From a virus: a stretch of 64,000 nucleotides of DNA. The notes below the pieces were generated by a model. The model saw only the letters and a list, made by a program, of their open reading frames with translations. It made no database searches and was not told where the DNA came from. Every line of letters begins with the position of its first letter. Positions within the stretch are counted from its first letter, which is position 1. The position numbers were made by a program, and so were the translations under genes. Shown here in pieces: positions 29,001 through 38,542 of this stretch. Location: the IMG/VR virus record IMGVR_UViG_3300003937_000247. One strand, written 5' to 3'.

Positions 29001-32000
29001 AAATCTTTCAGGTGTACAAATAACAGACGGCTCACTTGTATTTGAAGGTGCAACCGATGACGCTTACGAAACTACTTTTGCAATTACAGACCCAACAGCA
29101 GATAGAACAATTACATTCCAAAATGGTACAGGTACCGTTGCTTTCTTAACAGATGTAACTGGTGGTTCTACTCCTGGTGCTTTCACAACTATTACACTTA
29201 ATAACAATATTACTTTTGAAGGCGATACGGCTAACGATTTTGAAACAACTTTAGCAGTTGTTGATCCTACAGCAGATAGAACAGTTAGTATTCCAGACGC
29301 TACAGGTACAGTATCATTAATTGCACATACAGAAACGTTAACAAATAAAACAATTGATTTAGGAAACAATACTTTAACTGGTTCTTTAGCAGAATTTAAT
29401 ACTGCTTTACAAGGGGATAGTTTTGTTTCTTTAACTGGTTCTGAAACACTTACGAATAAAACAATAACAAGTGCTACTCTAACAAACCCTACTATTGCTC
29501 AAATACTCGCAACAACATTTACGTTAAATGCAAGTGCCGACATTACATTAGACGCTGGTGGCCAAGATATTATTTTATCAGATGATGATACTATTGTTGG
29601 TACTATTAGTATGGGTAATTCTGATCTAGCAATTAGATCCAGGGTTTCAGATAAAGATTTAATATTTAAAGGTAGTGATGGTGGTTCCGAAATCACAGCA
29701 TTAACTTTAGATATGTCAGACGCTGGTGCAGCTATATTTAATCACAATGTAACTGTAGGAAATAATTTAGTAGTTTCAGGTAACTTAACTGTTTCTGGTG
29801 ATACAACAACTGTTAATACTTCAACATTATCCGTAGAAGATCCATTAATTATAATGGCGTCTGGTAATAATGCGGCTGACGCTGTTGATATTGGTTTATA
29901 TGGATTATATGACACAAGTGGTTCACAAGATTTATATTCAGGACTGTTTAGGGATGCTTCAGATACTAAATGGAAATTATTTAAAGACCTTCAGGCAGCG
30001 CCAACTACTACTGTTAATACAAGTGGTACTGGTTATGCAACTGGAACATTAGTTGCTAATTTAGAAGGAAATGTAACTGGTAATGTTACAGGTAATACAT
30101 CTGGAACAGCTGCTACGGTTACGACCGCAGCTCAACCTGCAATTACTTCAGTAGGAACTTTAACTACTTTACAAGTTGATAATCTTAACATTAATGGCAA
30201 TACAATATCATCTACAGCAGGTACTGATTTAAATATTACACCATTAACAGGACAACAAATTGTATTAGACGGAACAATAATAGTTGACGCTGGTGTAGTT
30301 ACTGGAGCAACAAGTATTACATCAACTGCATTGGTTGGTGCTTTAACAGGAAACGCTTCTACAGCAACTGCATTAGAAACTGCTAGAACAATCGCTGGAG
30401 TATCTTTTGATGGTACTGCTAATATTGCGATTGCGTCAACAAATTTATCTGATACTGCTTCAATTGCATTATTAACAGCTTCACAAACTTTAACTAATAA
30501 GACATTAACAGCACCAACAATTAACGCAGCTACCGTAACAGGCGCTGTAACATTTGCTGGCGATGTAAACTTTGACTCTGGTACTTTATTTGTAGATGAA
30601 AGCGCAGATAAAGTTGGGATTGGAACGACTACGCCTGCGAGATCATTAGAAATTTCACAATCAATTCCAGTAATCAGAATAACAGATACGGACGCTGCCG
30701 CTGGATATATGGAAATGGCAGGTGCAGGTGCTGAATTTAAATTTGATTTAGATAAAGATAACGCTTTAGATAATTCAATATTAACTTTTAGAGTTGATGG
30801 TAATTATGTAATGAAATTTAGAGATGGTGCGTCTGAATTTGCTGATGGTAGTGCTGCTTTTCCAAGTATTACTAACATCGGAGATGTAAACACAGGATTA
30901 TACTTTAGTGCTGCTGATACAATGGCTTTTTCAGCTGGTGGTACTTCACAATTTACAATGGCAGATGGAGTTATAGCTCCTGTTACAGATAGTGATGTTG
31001 ATCTAGGTACAAACTCTTTACGTTTCAAAAATGCTTATATAGATAGTATCACAGGTGCTCTTACAGGTAACGCTTCTACAGCAACTACACTTGCAACTGC
31101 TAGAACAATTGCAGGTCAAAGTTTTGATGGTTCAGCAAACATAACTATTGCTTCAACAGATTTATCAGACACAGCAAGTATTGCTTTATTAACATCAACA
31201 CAGACTTTAACTAATAAAACTTTAACAACACCTACTATTGCTCAAATTAATGCAACTAACTTTTTACTAGACGCTTCAAATAATATTGATATAGACGCTG
31301 GTGGTGGAGATGTAACATTTAAAAAAGGTGGTACTGCTTGGGGACTATTCAAAGAATCAAGTGGTGACGCTGTATTTGAAGTTAAGACTAACAACAAAGA
31401 TATGGTCTTCAAAGGTGAAGATGATGGTTCATCTATCACAATGCTTACACTTGATGGTTCAGACGGTGGTACTGCTATATTCAATAAAGATATAAAACTT
31501 GGTGATAGTAAAAACATTGAGTTTGGTGCAAGTGGCGATTTAAGATTATACCACGATGGTTCAAATTCGTATATAGATGACGTAGGAACAGGTGCTATTG
31601 TCGTTAGAGGTTCAGCAATTAATATACAATCAGATAGTTTAAATCTTAAAAACTATGCAGGCGATGAATCATATCTAGTAGGTACAGCAGATGGTGCTGT
31701 AGAAATCAGATACGATAATAGTAAGAAATTTGAAACAACATCTTCAGGTGTAACAATAACAGGTGCGGCTGTCGCTACTGGATTTACTGGTGCTCTTACA
31801 GGAAACGCTTCCACAGCAACTGCATTAGAAACTGCTAGAACAATTGCAGGTGTATCATTTGATGGTAGTGCAAATATTGCTATTGCGTCAACTGATTTAT
31901 CTAACACATCAAATATTACTTTAAATGACGCTTCGCAAACTTTAACGAATAAAACATTAACTACTCCTACTATTACAGAAATAGATAGTGGTTCTACAAT

Positions 32001-33417
32001 TACATTAGACGCTACAACAGATATTAATTTAGACGCTGATAGTGGGTATGTTTATCTTAAAGACGCAGCTACAGCTGTTGGACTTTTTAAGTTAACTGGA
32101 TCAGATTTCTATGCCAAATCTGTTGTACAAGATAAAGATATAATATTCCAAGGAAATGATGGTGGTTCAACTATCACAGCATTAACTTTAGATATGTCAG
32201 ACGCTGGTTCTGCTATATTTAATCACAATGCAACTATAGGAAATAATTTAGTAGTTACAGGTGACTTAACAGTAAATGGTACAACTACAACTGTTGCAAC
32301 TACAAATACAACTGTAGCAGACTCACTATTAGAATTAGGAAATGGTACTTCAGGTACTCCTTCCAATGACGCTGGTTTAGTAATAGAAAGAGGCGATTCA
32401 AATAACGCATTTATAGGATTTGACGAGTCGGCAGATAAGTTCATTGTTGGTACAGGAACATTTACTGGTGCTTCAACAGGCAATCTAACAATTACAACTG
32501 GAACATTAGTTGCTAATTTAGAAGGAAATGTAACTGGTAACGTAACAGGTAATACATCTGGTACTGCTGCTACAGTTACAACTGCAGCTCAACCTGCAAT
32601 TACTTCAGTAGGAACTTTAACAGCTCTTTCAGTTGACAATATAACTATAAACGGCAATGATATTTCCTCTACAGCAGGAACAGATTTAACAATAACTCCA
32701 TTAACAGGACAACAAATTGTACTTGATGGTACAATCGTAATTGACGCAGGTGTAGTTACAGGTGCAACAAGTATTACAAGTACTGCATTTGTTGGCGCCT
32801 TAACAGGAAATGCTAGTACAGCAACATTAGCTTCTTCAGCAACTGCATTAGCAAATGCTAGAACAATCGCTGGTCAAAGTTTTGATGGTACTGGTAACAT
32901 AACAATTGCTTCAACAGATTTATCTGATACTTCTGCTGTTTCATTATTGACTGCAAGTCAAACATTAACAAATAAAACATTAACAAGTCCTGTAATCAAC
33001 ACAGGTGTTTCTGGTTCTGCTATTGCTGATGAAGACAATATGTCTTCTGATTCGGCAACGAAATTAGCAACACAACAAAGTATTAAAGCATATGTAGATG
33101 GACTAGCTTTATCATTAATTGATGAAGACAATATGTCAAGTGATAGTGCTACACGTCCACCTTCTCAACAATCAGTTAAGGCTTATGTGGATGATAATGT
33201 TTCAAGTGTTTCAGCTTCAAGTACAACTACATTTACTAATAAAACAATATCAGGTTCATCAAACACAATCACAGGATTAAACGCTGCCAGTATGGGTGGC
33301 GGAAGTGTTTCAAACACAGAATTTGACTTTTTAAATGGGGTCACAAGTGCAATTCAAACACAATTAGATAATAAATCAACGAAAGGTTTTGCTATTGCGA
33401 TGGCAATTGCATTATAA
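26068..33417 (+). CDS. Very long repetitive tail fibre-like protein (2449 aa)
   Basis: 14 TNKT repeats, 6 QQS(I/V)K(A/K)YVD modules, ARTIxGxxFDG repeats, C-terminal GFAIAMAIAL. Confidence 0.85.
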   Translation: MASKTPIRATLSGSTVTGLAEFQSGDFIPLSAGGIGASLSIGSAGQVLKVNTGASALEFGSVEAIVNIDGATDLESATLAVGDKILLSDGGTEGRVLLSQLDTLFSGTSKTLTNKTINSNANTLHIDLDDLGTFTGTLAEFNAGLQGDSFVSLTGSETLTNKTLTTPTLTSPVLNTGVSGSAVKDEDNMASDSATHLATQQSIKKYVDDSILTKDNTDEITEGSTNLYYTNARADARITNALKDEDNMASDSATHVPSQQSVKAYVDATVTAEDLDITTDSGTIAIDLDSETLTVTGGTGLDSSATGNAVTLAIDSTVTTLTGSQTLTNKTLTSAVLNTGVSGSAILDEDNMATNSATQLATQQSIKAYVDALSQAFTIAADSGSNDTVTVGTDTLTFAGGTGIDTTVSNNQISSAIDATVATLAGSQTLTNKTLTTPVIAEIDATGNFDIDAVANVNIDSGSNIISFSTGGTGFLQLQNDSGSTWIRNTGQDNDIKFVGNDGGGTITALTIDMSDGGHAIFNNDITVPLNIYTDGNLNVRVDNKKIRIGAGEDLQLYHDGTNSYITNDQGALKIATETSGIAITLGHGTSEVTVADNLTVGGNTTITGNLNVNGTTTTLATTNSIIADTLIELGNGVSGTPGNDSGIVIERGDLNNAFIGFDESADKFIVGTGTFTGASTGNLTITTGTLVANVEGNVTGNVTGNADTATALANARTIGGVSFDGSANISLPGVNSAGNQNTTGSAATLTTARTIGGVSFDGSAAINLPGVNASGSQDTSGNAATATKLATARAIAGQNFDGTAAITIASTDLSNTAAITLLTASQTLTNKTLTSPVLNTGVSGSAILDEDAMGSNSATQLATQQSIKAYVDAKVTAEDLDITTDSGTIAIDLDSETLTVTGGTGLDSSATGNAVTLAIDSTVATLTGSQTLTNKTLTAPVIATISNTGTLTLPTSTDTLVGRATTDTLTNKTLTAPNLSGVQITDGSLVFEGATDDAYETTFAITDPTADRTITFQNGTGTVAFLTDVTGGSTPGAFTTITLNNNITFEGDTANDFETTLAVVDPTADRTVSIPDATGTVSLIAHTETLTNKTIDLGNNTLTGSLAEFNTALQGDSFVSLTGSETLTNKTITSATLTNPTIAQILATTFTLNASADITLDAGGQDIILSDDDTIVGTISMGNSDLAIRSRVSDKDLIFKGSDGGSEITALTLDMSDAGAAIFNHNVTVGNNLVVSGNLTVSGDTTTVNTSTLSVEDPLIIMASGNNAADAVDIGLYGLYDTSGSQDLYSGLFRDASDTKWKLFKDLQAAPTTTVNTSGTGYATGTLVANLEGNVTGNVTGNTSGTAATVTTAAQPAITSVGTLTTLQVDNLNINGNTISSTAGTDLNITPLTGQQIVLDGTIIVDAGVVTGATSITSTALVGALTGNASTATALETARTIAGVSFDGTANIAIASTNLSDTASIALLTASQTLTNKTLTAPTINAATVTGAVTFAGDVNFDSGTLFVDESADKVGIGTTTPARSLEISQSIPVIRITDTDAAAGYMEMAGAGAEFKFDLDKDNALDNSILTFRVDGNYVMKFRDGASEFADGSAAFPSITNIGDVNTGLYFSAADTMAFSAGGTSQFTMADGVIAPVTDSDVDLGTNSLRFKNAYIDSITGALTGNASTATTLATARTIAGQSFDGSANITIASTDLSDTASIALLTSTQTLTNKTLTTPTIAQINATNFLLDASNNIDIDAGGGDVTFKKGGTAWGLFKESSGDAVFEVKTNNKDMVFKGEDDGSSITMLTLDGSDGGTAIFNKDIKLGDSKNIEFGASGDLRLYHDGSNSYIDDVGTGAIVVRGSAINIQSDSLNLKNYAGDESYLVGTADGAVEIRYDNSKKFETTSSGVTITGAAVATGFTGALTGNASTATALETARTIAGVSFDGSANIAIASTDLSNTSNITLNDASQTLTNKTLTTPTITEIDSGSTITLDATTDINLDADSGYVYLKDAATAVGLFKLTGSDFYAKSVVQDKDIIFQGNDGGSTITALTLDMSDAGSAIFNHNATIGNNLVVTGDLTVNGTTTTVATTNTTVADSLLELGNGTSGTPSNDAGLVIERGDSNNAFIGFDESADKFIVGTGTFTGASTGNLTITTGTLVANLEGNVTGNVTGNTSGTAATVTTAAQPAITSVGTLTALSVDNITINGNDISSTAGTDLTITPLTGQQIVLDGTIVIDAGVVTGATSITSTAFVGALTGNASTATLASSATALANARTIAGQSFDGTGNITIASTDLSDTSAVSLLTASQTLTNKTLTSPVINTGVSGSAIADEDNMSSDSATKLATQQSIKAYVDGLALSLIDEDNMSSDSATRPPSQQSVKAYVDDNVSSVSASSTTTFTNKTISGSSNTITGLNAASMGGGSVSNTEFDFLNGVTSAIQTQLDNKSTKGFAIAMAIAL

Positions 33418-33428
33418 ATATATAAATA
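33413..33428 (+). promoter_or_regulatory. Tandem late promoters TATAAATA x2
   Basis: 33413-33420 and 33421-33428. Confidence 0.75.
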
Positions 33429-33441
33429 AGAGAGATATAAT

Positions 33442-33768
33442 ATGGCACAAAATTTTAGAAGATATATAGCAAGAAACGTTGGGACGTCTGCTTCAACACT
33501 TTTTACTGCTAACAGTTACGATACTGTTATAGGTATCGCTTTGGCGAATACAACGTCAAGTGAAATTAAAGTAGATGTTTATATTAATGATGGATCAAAT
33601 GACTATTATCTTATAAAAAATGCACCTATTCAAACTGGTGGGGCTTTACAAATTATAGACGGAGGAGCAAAATACGTAGTACATTCTGCTGACGTATTAA
33701 AAGTAGTATCTGATACTGCTAGTTCTTGTGATGTAGTTGTAAGTACAGTAGATGATATATCAAGTTAG
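33442..33768 (+). CDS. Fibre-associated small structural protein
   Basis: MAQNFRRY...YYLIKNAPI, beta-rich 108 aa after the giant fibre. Confidence 0.65.
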   Translation: MAQNFRRYIARNVGTSASTLFTANSYDTVIGIALANTTSSEIKVDVYINDGSNDYYLIKNAPIQTGGALQIIDGGAKYVVHSADVLKVVSDTASSCDVVVSTVDDISS

Positions 33769-33775
33769 GAAATAA

Positions 33776-34054
33776 ATGGCTTACATAGGAAATAACGTTA
33801 CACAAACTGCTGTTGATACAACAGATCAAAGATTTGACGAATTTAAGGCAACATCAATTGACGCTTCTGCTGTACAGACGATATTTTTAGGCGGAGATGA
33901 AACGGCAGTAAGTGGTTCTCCAGAAGACGCTTTCGGCGTTTCTTTGAATAATGTAAGTGCTGATTGTAATCACAAAACATATAGAAGAATTGATATGGGT
34001 AATGTAGTTGCCGTAGTAGGCGTAGTTGACTTTGGTTATGTAGCAAGTTCATAA
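33776..34054 (+). CDS. Fibre-associated small structural protein
   Basis: MAYIGN N-terminus, C-terminal DMG/DFG motifs. Confidence 0.6.
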   Translation: MAYIGNNVTQTAVDTTDQRFDEFKATSIDASAVQTIFLGGDETAVSGSPEDAFGVSLNNVSADCNHKTYRRIDMGNVVAVVGVVDFGYVASS

Positions 34055-34116
34055 TATTATGAATTTTAGGAAAATAAAGTAACGTAAAAAAAAAGGGAGT
34101 TCAAATAACTAAATAT

Positions 34117-34124
34117 TATAAATA
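34117..34124 (+). promoter_or_regulatory. Late promoter TATAAATA
   Basis: Exact consensus. Confidence 0.75.
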
Positions 34125-34161
34125 ATAGAAGTTAGTTTGTTACAAAAGGGAGAGAACAACA

Positions 34162-36813
34162 ATGCCAACAATTTTACAATTAAGAAGAGGTACTACTGCT
34201 GAAAACGCTGCCTATACAGGCTCAGTTGGTGAAATAACGGTAGATACTACATTAGATAAAGTTATCTTACACGATGGTTCTACTGCAGGTGGTACAACGG
34301 TTGGTAACTTACAAGGAGTAATTCAATTAGGTAAGACAGCAACAGGAGAAATAGACACTTCTTCTGGAAATCTTACAATAGATTCAGCAGGTGGCACAGT
34401 CGCCATTGACGATAACGCAACAGTTTCAGGAACATTAGGTGTTACAGGAGTAGCAACATTTTCTACTCACGTTGCAATGGGCGATAGTGATATTTTAAAA
34501 ATAGGTGCTGGACCAGATTTAACATTATACCACGACGGAACAAACTCATACATTACAAATTCAACAGGTGCTTTAAAAGTTGCAACAGAAACTTCTGGTG
34601 TAGCGATTACATTAGGGCACTCAACTTCGGAAGTTACAGTTGCAGATAACCTTACGGTTACTGGAAACCTTACAGTTTCTGGAACAACAACAACTGTAGA
34701 TTCTACAACAGTTAATATACAAAATGCTTTTGTTTTTGAAGGTGCAACAGATGACGCTTACGAAACAACTTTAACAACAGTTGACCCAACAGCAGATAGA
34801 TCAGTAAGTTTACCAAATGCTACTGATACACTAGTTGGTAAAGCAACAACAGATACACTTACAAATAAATCAATTGATTTAGCAGATAATACACTTACAG
34901 GTTCTTTAGCAGAATGGAATAGTGCATTACAAAGTGAAAGTTTTGTTTCATTAACAGGTTCAGAAACATTAACAAATAAAACTTTAACAACACCAACATT
35001 AACTACACCTGTTATTAATACAGGTGCAAGTTTAAAAAATGGTTCATCTAGTGCTGGTTACGCTGATTTTTATGAAGATAGTGATAACGGTACAAATAGA
35101 GTTAGATTAATTGGACCTGCTTCTACAGCAGATGTCACTTTAACTTTACCTGCTTCTACTGATACATTAGTTGGTAAAGCAACAACAGACACATTTACAA
35201 ATAAAACATTAACAAGTCCTGTTATTAATACAGCAGTTTCAGGAAGTGCTATACTTGATGAAGACGCAATGGGATCAAATAGTGCAACTCAACTTGCTAC
35301 TCAACAATCAATCAAAGCTTATGTTGACGCAAAAGCGACAGCAGCAGATTTAGATTTAACTTCAGACTCTGGAACAATTGATATTGATTTAGATTCTGAA
35401 ACATTAACAGTTGCTGGTGGTACTGGAATTGATTCAAGTGCTACAGGTACTACAGTTACAGTTGCTGTTGACTCAAATGTTGTTCTTTTAACAGATAGTC
35501 AAACTTTAACAAACAAAACTTTAACAGCACCAACAATTACAAGTCCTGCAATAAATACAGGAGTTTCAGGTTCTGCCATAAAAGACGAAGACAATATGGC
35601 GTCAGATTCTGCTACTCACTTATCAACTCAACAATCAATTAAAGCATACGTTGACTCAAAAGTAACAGCAGAAGATTTAGATTTAACTACAGACTCTGGA
35701 ACAATTGATATTGATTTAGACTCTGAAACGTTAACAATCGCTGGTGGTACTGGATTAACTTCAAGTGCGACAGGAACTACAGCAACACTTGCTATTGACA
35801 GTACAGTAACAACATTAACAGGAACACAAACATTAACTAATAAAACATTAACAAGTGCTGTGTTAACAACACCACAGATTAATGATACTTCAGCGAATCA
35901 TCAATATGTATTTGCTGTAAGTGAATTAGCAGCAGATAGAACAGTAACTTTACCTTTACTAACTGGTAATGACCAAGTTACTATGGATGCTCACGCAACT
36001 ACATTAACTAACAAAACAATTGATTTAGCAGATAATACTGTAACAGGTTCACTTGCTGAGTTTAATACTGCATTACAAAGTGAAAGTTTTGCTGGTCTTG
36101 CGGCTGCACAAACATTAACGAACAAAACTATATCAGGTTCTTCAAACACATTATCTAATATTGCTAATGGTTCATTAACCAATTCTGCAATAACAGTTTC
36201 AGATGGTTCCAATACTACAGCAGTTGCTCTAGGCGGAACAATGACATTTGCTGGAACTAATAATGAAGTAGAAGTTGCTGAAAGTTCAGGAACAGTAACT
36301 ATCGGATTACCTGCTAACGTAACAATCTCTGGAAACTTAACTGTTTCTGGCGATACTACTACAGTTAATACTGCAACATTGGCAGTAGAAGACCCATTAA
36401 TTTCTCTGGCAACAGGAAACAATGCGGCTGACGCTGTTGATATCGGGTTATATGGATTGTATGATACATCTGGTTCACAAGACCTTTACGGTGGTATCTT
36501 TAGGGATGCTGGCGATGGTAAGTGGAAAGTATTTAAAGACAATCAAGCAGCTCCAACAACAACTGTAAACACAAGTGGTACAGGATATGCTGTTGGAACA
36601 ATTGTTGCAAACCTAGAAGCAACAACTGCTACATTGGGTGGCGTAGATATTTTATCTACAACTAATAGTAAAACAGTTACGAACAAAACTATTAACTGTT
36701 CTAATAATACAATTTCTAATATTGTTTCATCTATGTTTGCTAGTGCTGTAACATTACAGATACTAGATTCTGGTGGTTCAACTGTTAAGACAATTGTTGG
36801 TTCTGCTACGTAA
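34162..36813 (+). CDS. Tail fibre-like protein with Mtd-N-like N-terminus (883 aa)
   Basis: LQLRRGTTAE...FT/YTG..GEITVDT...HDG.TAGG, plus the same repeat modules as the other fibres. Confidence 0.8.
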   Translation: MPTILQLRRGTTAENAAYTGSVGEITVDTTLDKVILHDGSTAGGTTVGNLQGVIQLGKTATGEIDTSSGNLTIDSAGGTVAIDDNATVSGTLGVTGVATFSTHVAMGDSDILKIGAGPDLTLYHDGTNSYITNSTGALKVATETSGVAITLGHSTSEVTVADNLTVTGNLTVSGTTTTVDSTTVNIQNAFVFEGATDDAYETTLTTVDPTADRSVSLPNATDTLVGKATTDTLTNKSIDLADNTLTGSLAEWNSALQSESFVSLTGSETLTNKTLTTPTLTTPVINTGASLKNGSSSAGYADFYEDSDNGTNRVRLIGPASTADVTLTLPASTDTLVGKATTDTFTNKTLTSPVINTAVSGSAILDEDAMGSNSATQLATQQSIKAYVDAKATAADLDLTSDSGTIDIDLDSETLTVAGGTGIDSSATGTTVTVAVDSNVVLLTDSQTLTNKTLTAPTITSPAINTGVSGSAIKDEDNMASDSATHLSTQQSIKAYVDSKVTAEDLDLTTDSGTIDIDLDSETLTIAGGTGLTSSATGTTATLAIDSTVTTLTGTQTLTNKTLTSAVLTTPQINDTSANHQYVFAVSELAADRTVTLPLLTGNDQVTMDAHATTLTNKTIDLADNTVTGSLAEFNTALQSESFAGLAAAQTLTNKTISGSSNTLSNIANGSLTNSAITVSDGSNTTAVALGGTMTFAGTNNEVEVAESSGTVTIGLPANVTISGNLTVSGDTTTVNTATLAVEDPLISLATGNNAADAVDIGLYGLYDTSGSQDLYGGIFRDAGDGKWKVFKDNQAAPTTTVNTSGTGYAVGTIVANLEATTATLGGVDILSTTNSKTVTNKTINCSNNTISNIVSSMFASAVTLQILDSGGSTVKTIVGSAT

Positions 36814-36900
36814 TATTTAATTAATCCCTTAATTATCTATTTTTACCTAACGCATTTATGCGTAAACTAGGATTGAGCCTTATTAACAGTTAAAAAATCT

Positions 36901-36908
36901 TATAAATA
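36901..36908 (+). promoter_or_regulatory. Late promoter TATAAATA
   Basis: Exact consensus upstream of gp13. Confidence 0.8.
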
Positions 36909-36927
36909 GTAATAAAGGAACTATTAA

Positions 36928-37743
36928 ATGGCTAATCCAAATACCAGAGAAACATTAAAACAGTATGCTTTAAGAACATTAGGCAAGCCTGTTATTGAGA
37001 TTAACGTTGATGACGATCAATTAGAAGATAGATTAGATGAAGCGTTACAATATTTTTCACAATATCATTATGATGGTGTTGAGAGAACATACCTTAAATA
37101 TAAAGTTACACAAGCAGACGTAGATAGAATAATATCTCCTGATGGAGATACTGCTTCATCAATCACTAAAAATTCAGTTACTACTGCATGGACTGAACAG
37201 AATAATTTTATATTAGTTCCAGAAGCCGTATTAGCAGTAACTAGAATATTCCCATTATCAAATAGAGGCAATCAAAATATGTTTGATATGAGATATCAAT
37301 TAAGATTAAACGACCTTTACGATTTTTCATCAACATCAATTATACATTATGATATGGTGTTAAGACATTTAGATTTTTTAGATCATTTATTAGTAGGTGA
37401 AAAACCAGTAAGATTTAATCAATATAATAATAAACTGTTTGTAGATATGGATTGGAAAACAGACATATCTGTAGGTGAGTTTCTTGTTATTGAATGTTTT
37501 AGAAAATTAGATCCAACAGTTATGACAGATGTTTATAATGACATTTATTTAAAACGATATGTTACAGCATTAATCAAAAGACAATGGGGTGCTAACTTAT
37601 CAAAATTCAATGGCGTTGCTATGTTAGGTGGTGTTACTCTTAATGGTCAACAAATATTCCAAGAGTCACAAGACGACATAAAAAGATTAGAAGAAGAAAT
37701 AAGAGGCACATACGAAACGCCTGTAACGTATATGATAGGATAA
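36928..37743 (+). CDS. gp13: Neck protein gp13
   Basis: LRTLGKPVIEINVDDDQLEDR, KRQWGANLSKF..GGVTLNG; T4 synteny. Confidence 0.92.
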   Translation: MANPNTRETLKQYALRTLGKPVIEINVDDDQLEDRLDEALQYFSQYHYDGVERTYLKYKVTQADVDRIISPDGDTASSITKNSVTTAWTEQNNFILVPEAVLAVTRIFPLSNRGNQNMFDMRYQLRLNDLYDFSSTSIIHYDMVLRHLDFLDHLLVGEKPVRFNQYNNKLFVDMDWKTDISVGEFLVIECFRKLDPTVMTDVYNDIYLKRYVTALIKRQWGANLSKFNGVAMLGGVTLNGQQIFQESQDDIKRLEEEIRGTYETPVTYMIG

Positions 37744-37747
37744 TGCC

Positions 37748-38542
37748 ATGCCAGTTAATCACTACTTCCAAGGTGGCAACGGAATTGGAAACACAGCAGA
37801 AAAAAGATTACACGAAGATTTAATCATAGAAGGTCTAAAGATATACGGCCTTGACTGCTTTTATTTACCAAGAACACTAGTTAATAAAGATTTAATTTTA
37901 GGAGAGGATACTCTTTCTAAATTTGACGCTTCATATATGTTAGAAATGTATGTTGAAACGCAAGAAGGATTTGCTGGTGAACAAGAATTAGTATCTAAAT
38001 TTGGTTTAGAAATTAGAGAAGATACAACGTTTATGATTTCTAAAAGACGTTGGCAAAATCAAGTTGATAATAAAGCAACTTTAATAATAACAGGTAGACC
38101 AAATGAAGGTGATTTAGTTTATGTACCTTTGATGAATAGTTTTTTTGAGATACAGTTTGTTGAAGACCAAGAGCCATTCTTCCAATTAGGAAACCTCCCA
38201 GTTTATAAATTAAGAACAACTAGATTCGAATACAGTTCAGAAAAATTTGATGTTGGTAGACAAGAAATTGACCAACTTGAAGATAGATTATCAACAGATA
38301 TATTAAAAGAACAATTAGTATTAGAAGATGGTGGTGGTATGTTATTAGAAAATTCTGATACAGTAACAGGTGTATATGAATATGTAATATTAGAATCAGA
38401 TGATTACAATTTAGCAACACAAACTAGAGATTATGCTGATAACACTACATACGAATCAGACGCTGGTTTTGGTACTGAAAGTACAGCAGATGATATACTA
38501 GACTTTACTGAAAGAAATCCATTTGGAGAGGTTGACGAGTAA
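37748..38542 (+). CDS. gp14: Neck protein gp14
   Basis: YLPR, SKFGLEIR, RPNEGDLVY, PFFQLG. Confidence 0.92.
   Translation: MPVNHYFQGGNGIGNTAEKRLHEDLIIEGLKIYGLDCFYLPRTLVNKDLILGEDTLSKFDASYMLEMYVETQEGFAGEQELVSKFGLEIREDTTFMISKRRWQNQVDNKATLIITGRPNEGDLVYVPLMNSFFEIQFVEDQEPFFQLGNLPVYKLRTTRFEYSSEKFDVGRQEIDQLEDRLSTDILKEQLVLEDGGGMLLENSDTVTGVYEYVILESDDYNLATQTRDYADNTTYESDAGFGTESTADDILDFTERNPFGEVDE

Noticed and set aside
34162-36813. Diversity-generating retroelement suggested by the Mtd-like N-terminus and repeats
   Set aside because: No reverse transcriptase in the window; repeat differences are synonymous at all bases rather than adenine-specific; no non-coding template repeat
23224-36813. CRISPR-like array from recurring acaaacaaaacattaaca-type sequences
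   Set aside because: Irregular spacing, degenerate, and explained by in-frame TLTNKTLT peptide repeats
36846-36871. Hairpin ACGCA-TTTA-TGCGT after the last fibre gene as a terminator or ncRNA
   Set aside because: Short stem and no following U-tract on the plus strand; insufficient support
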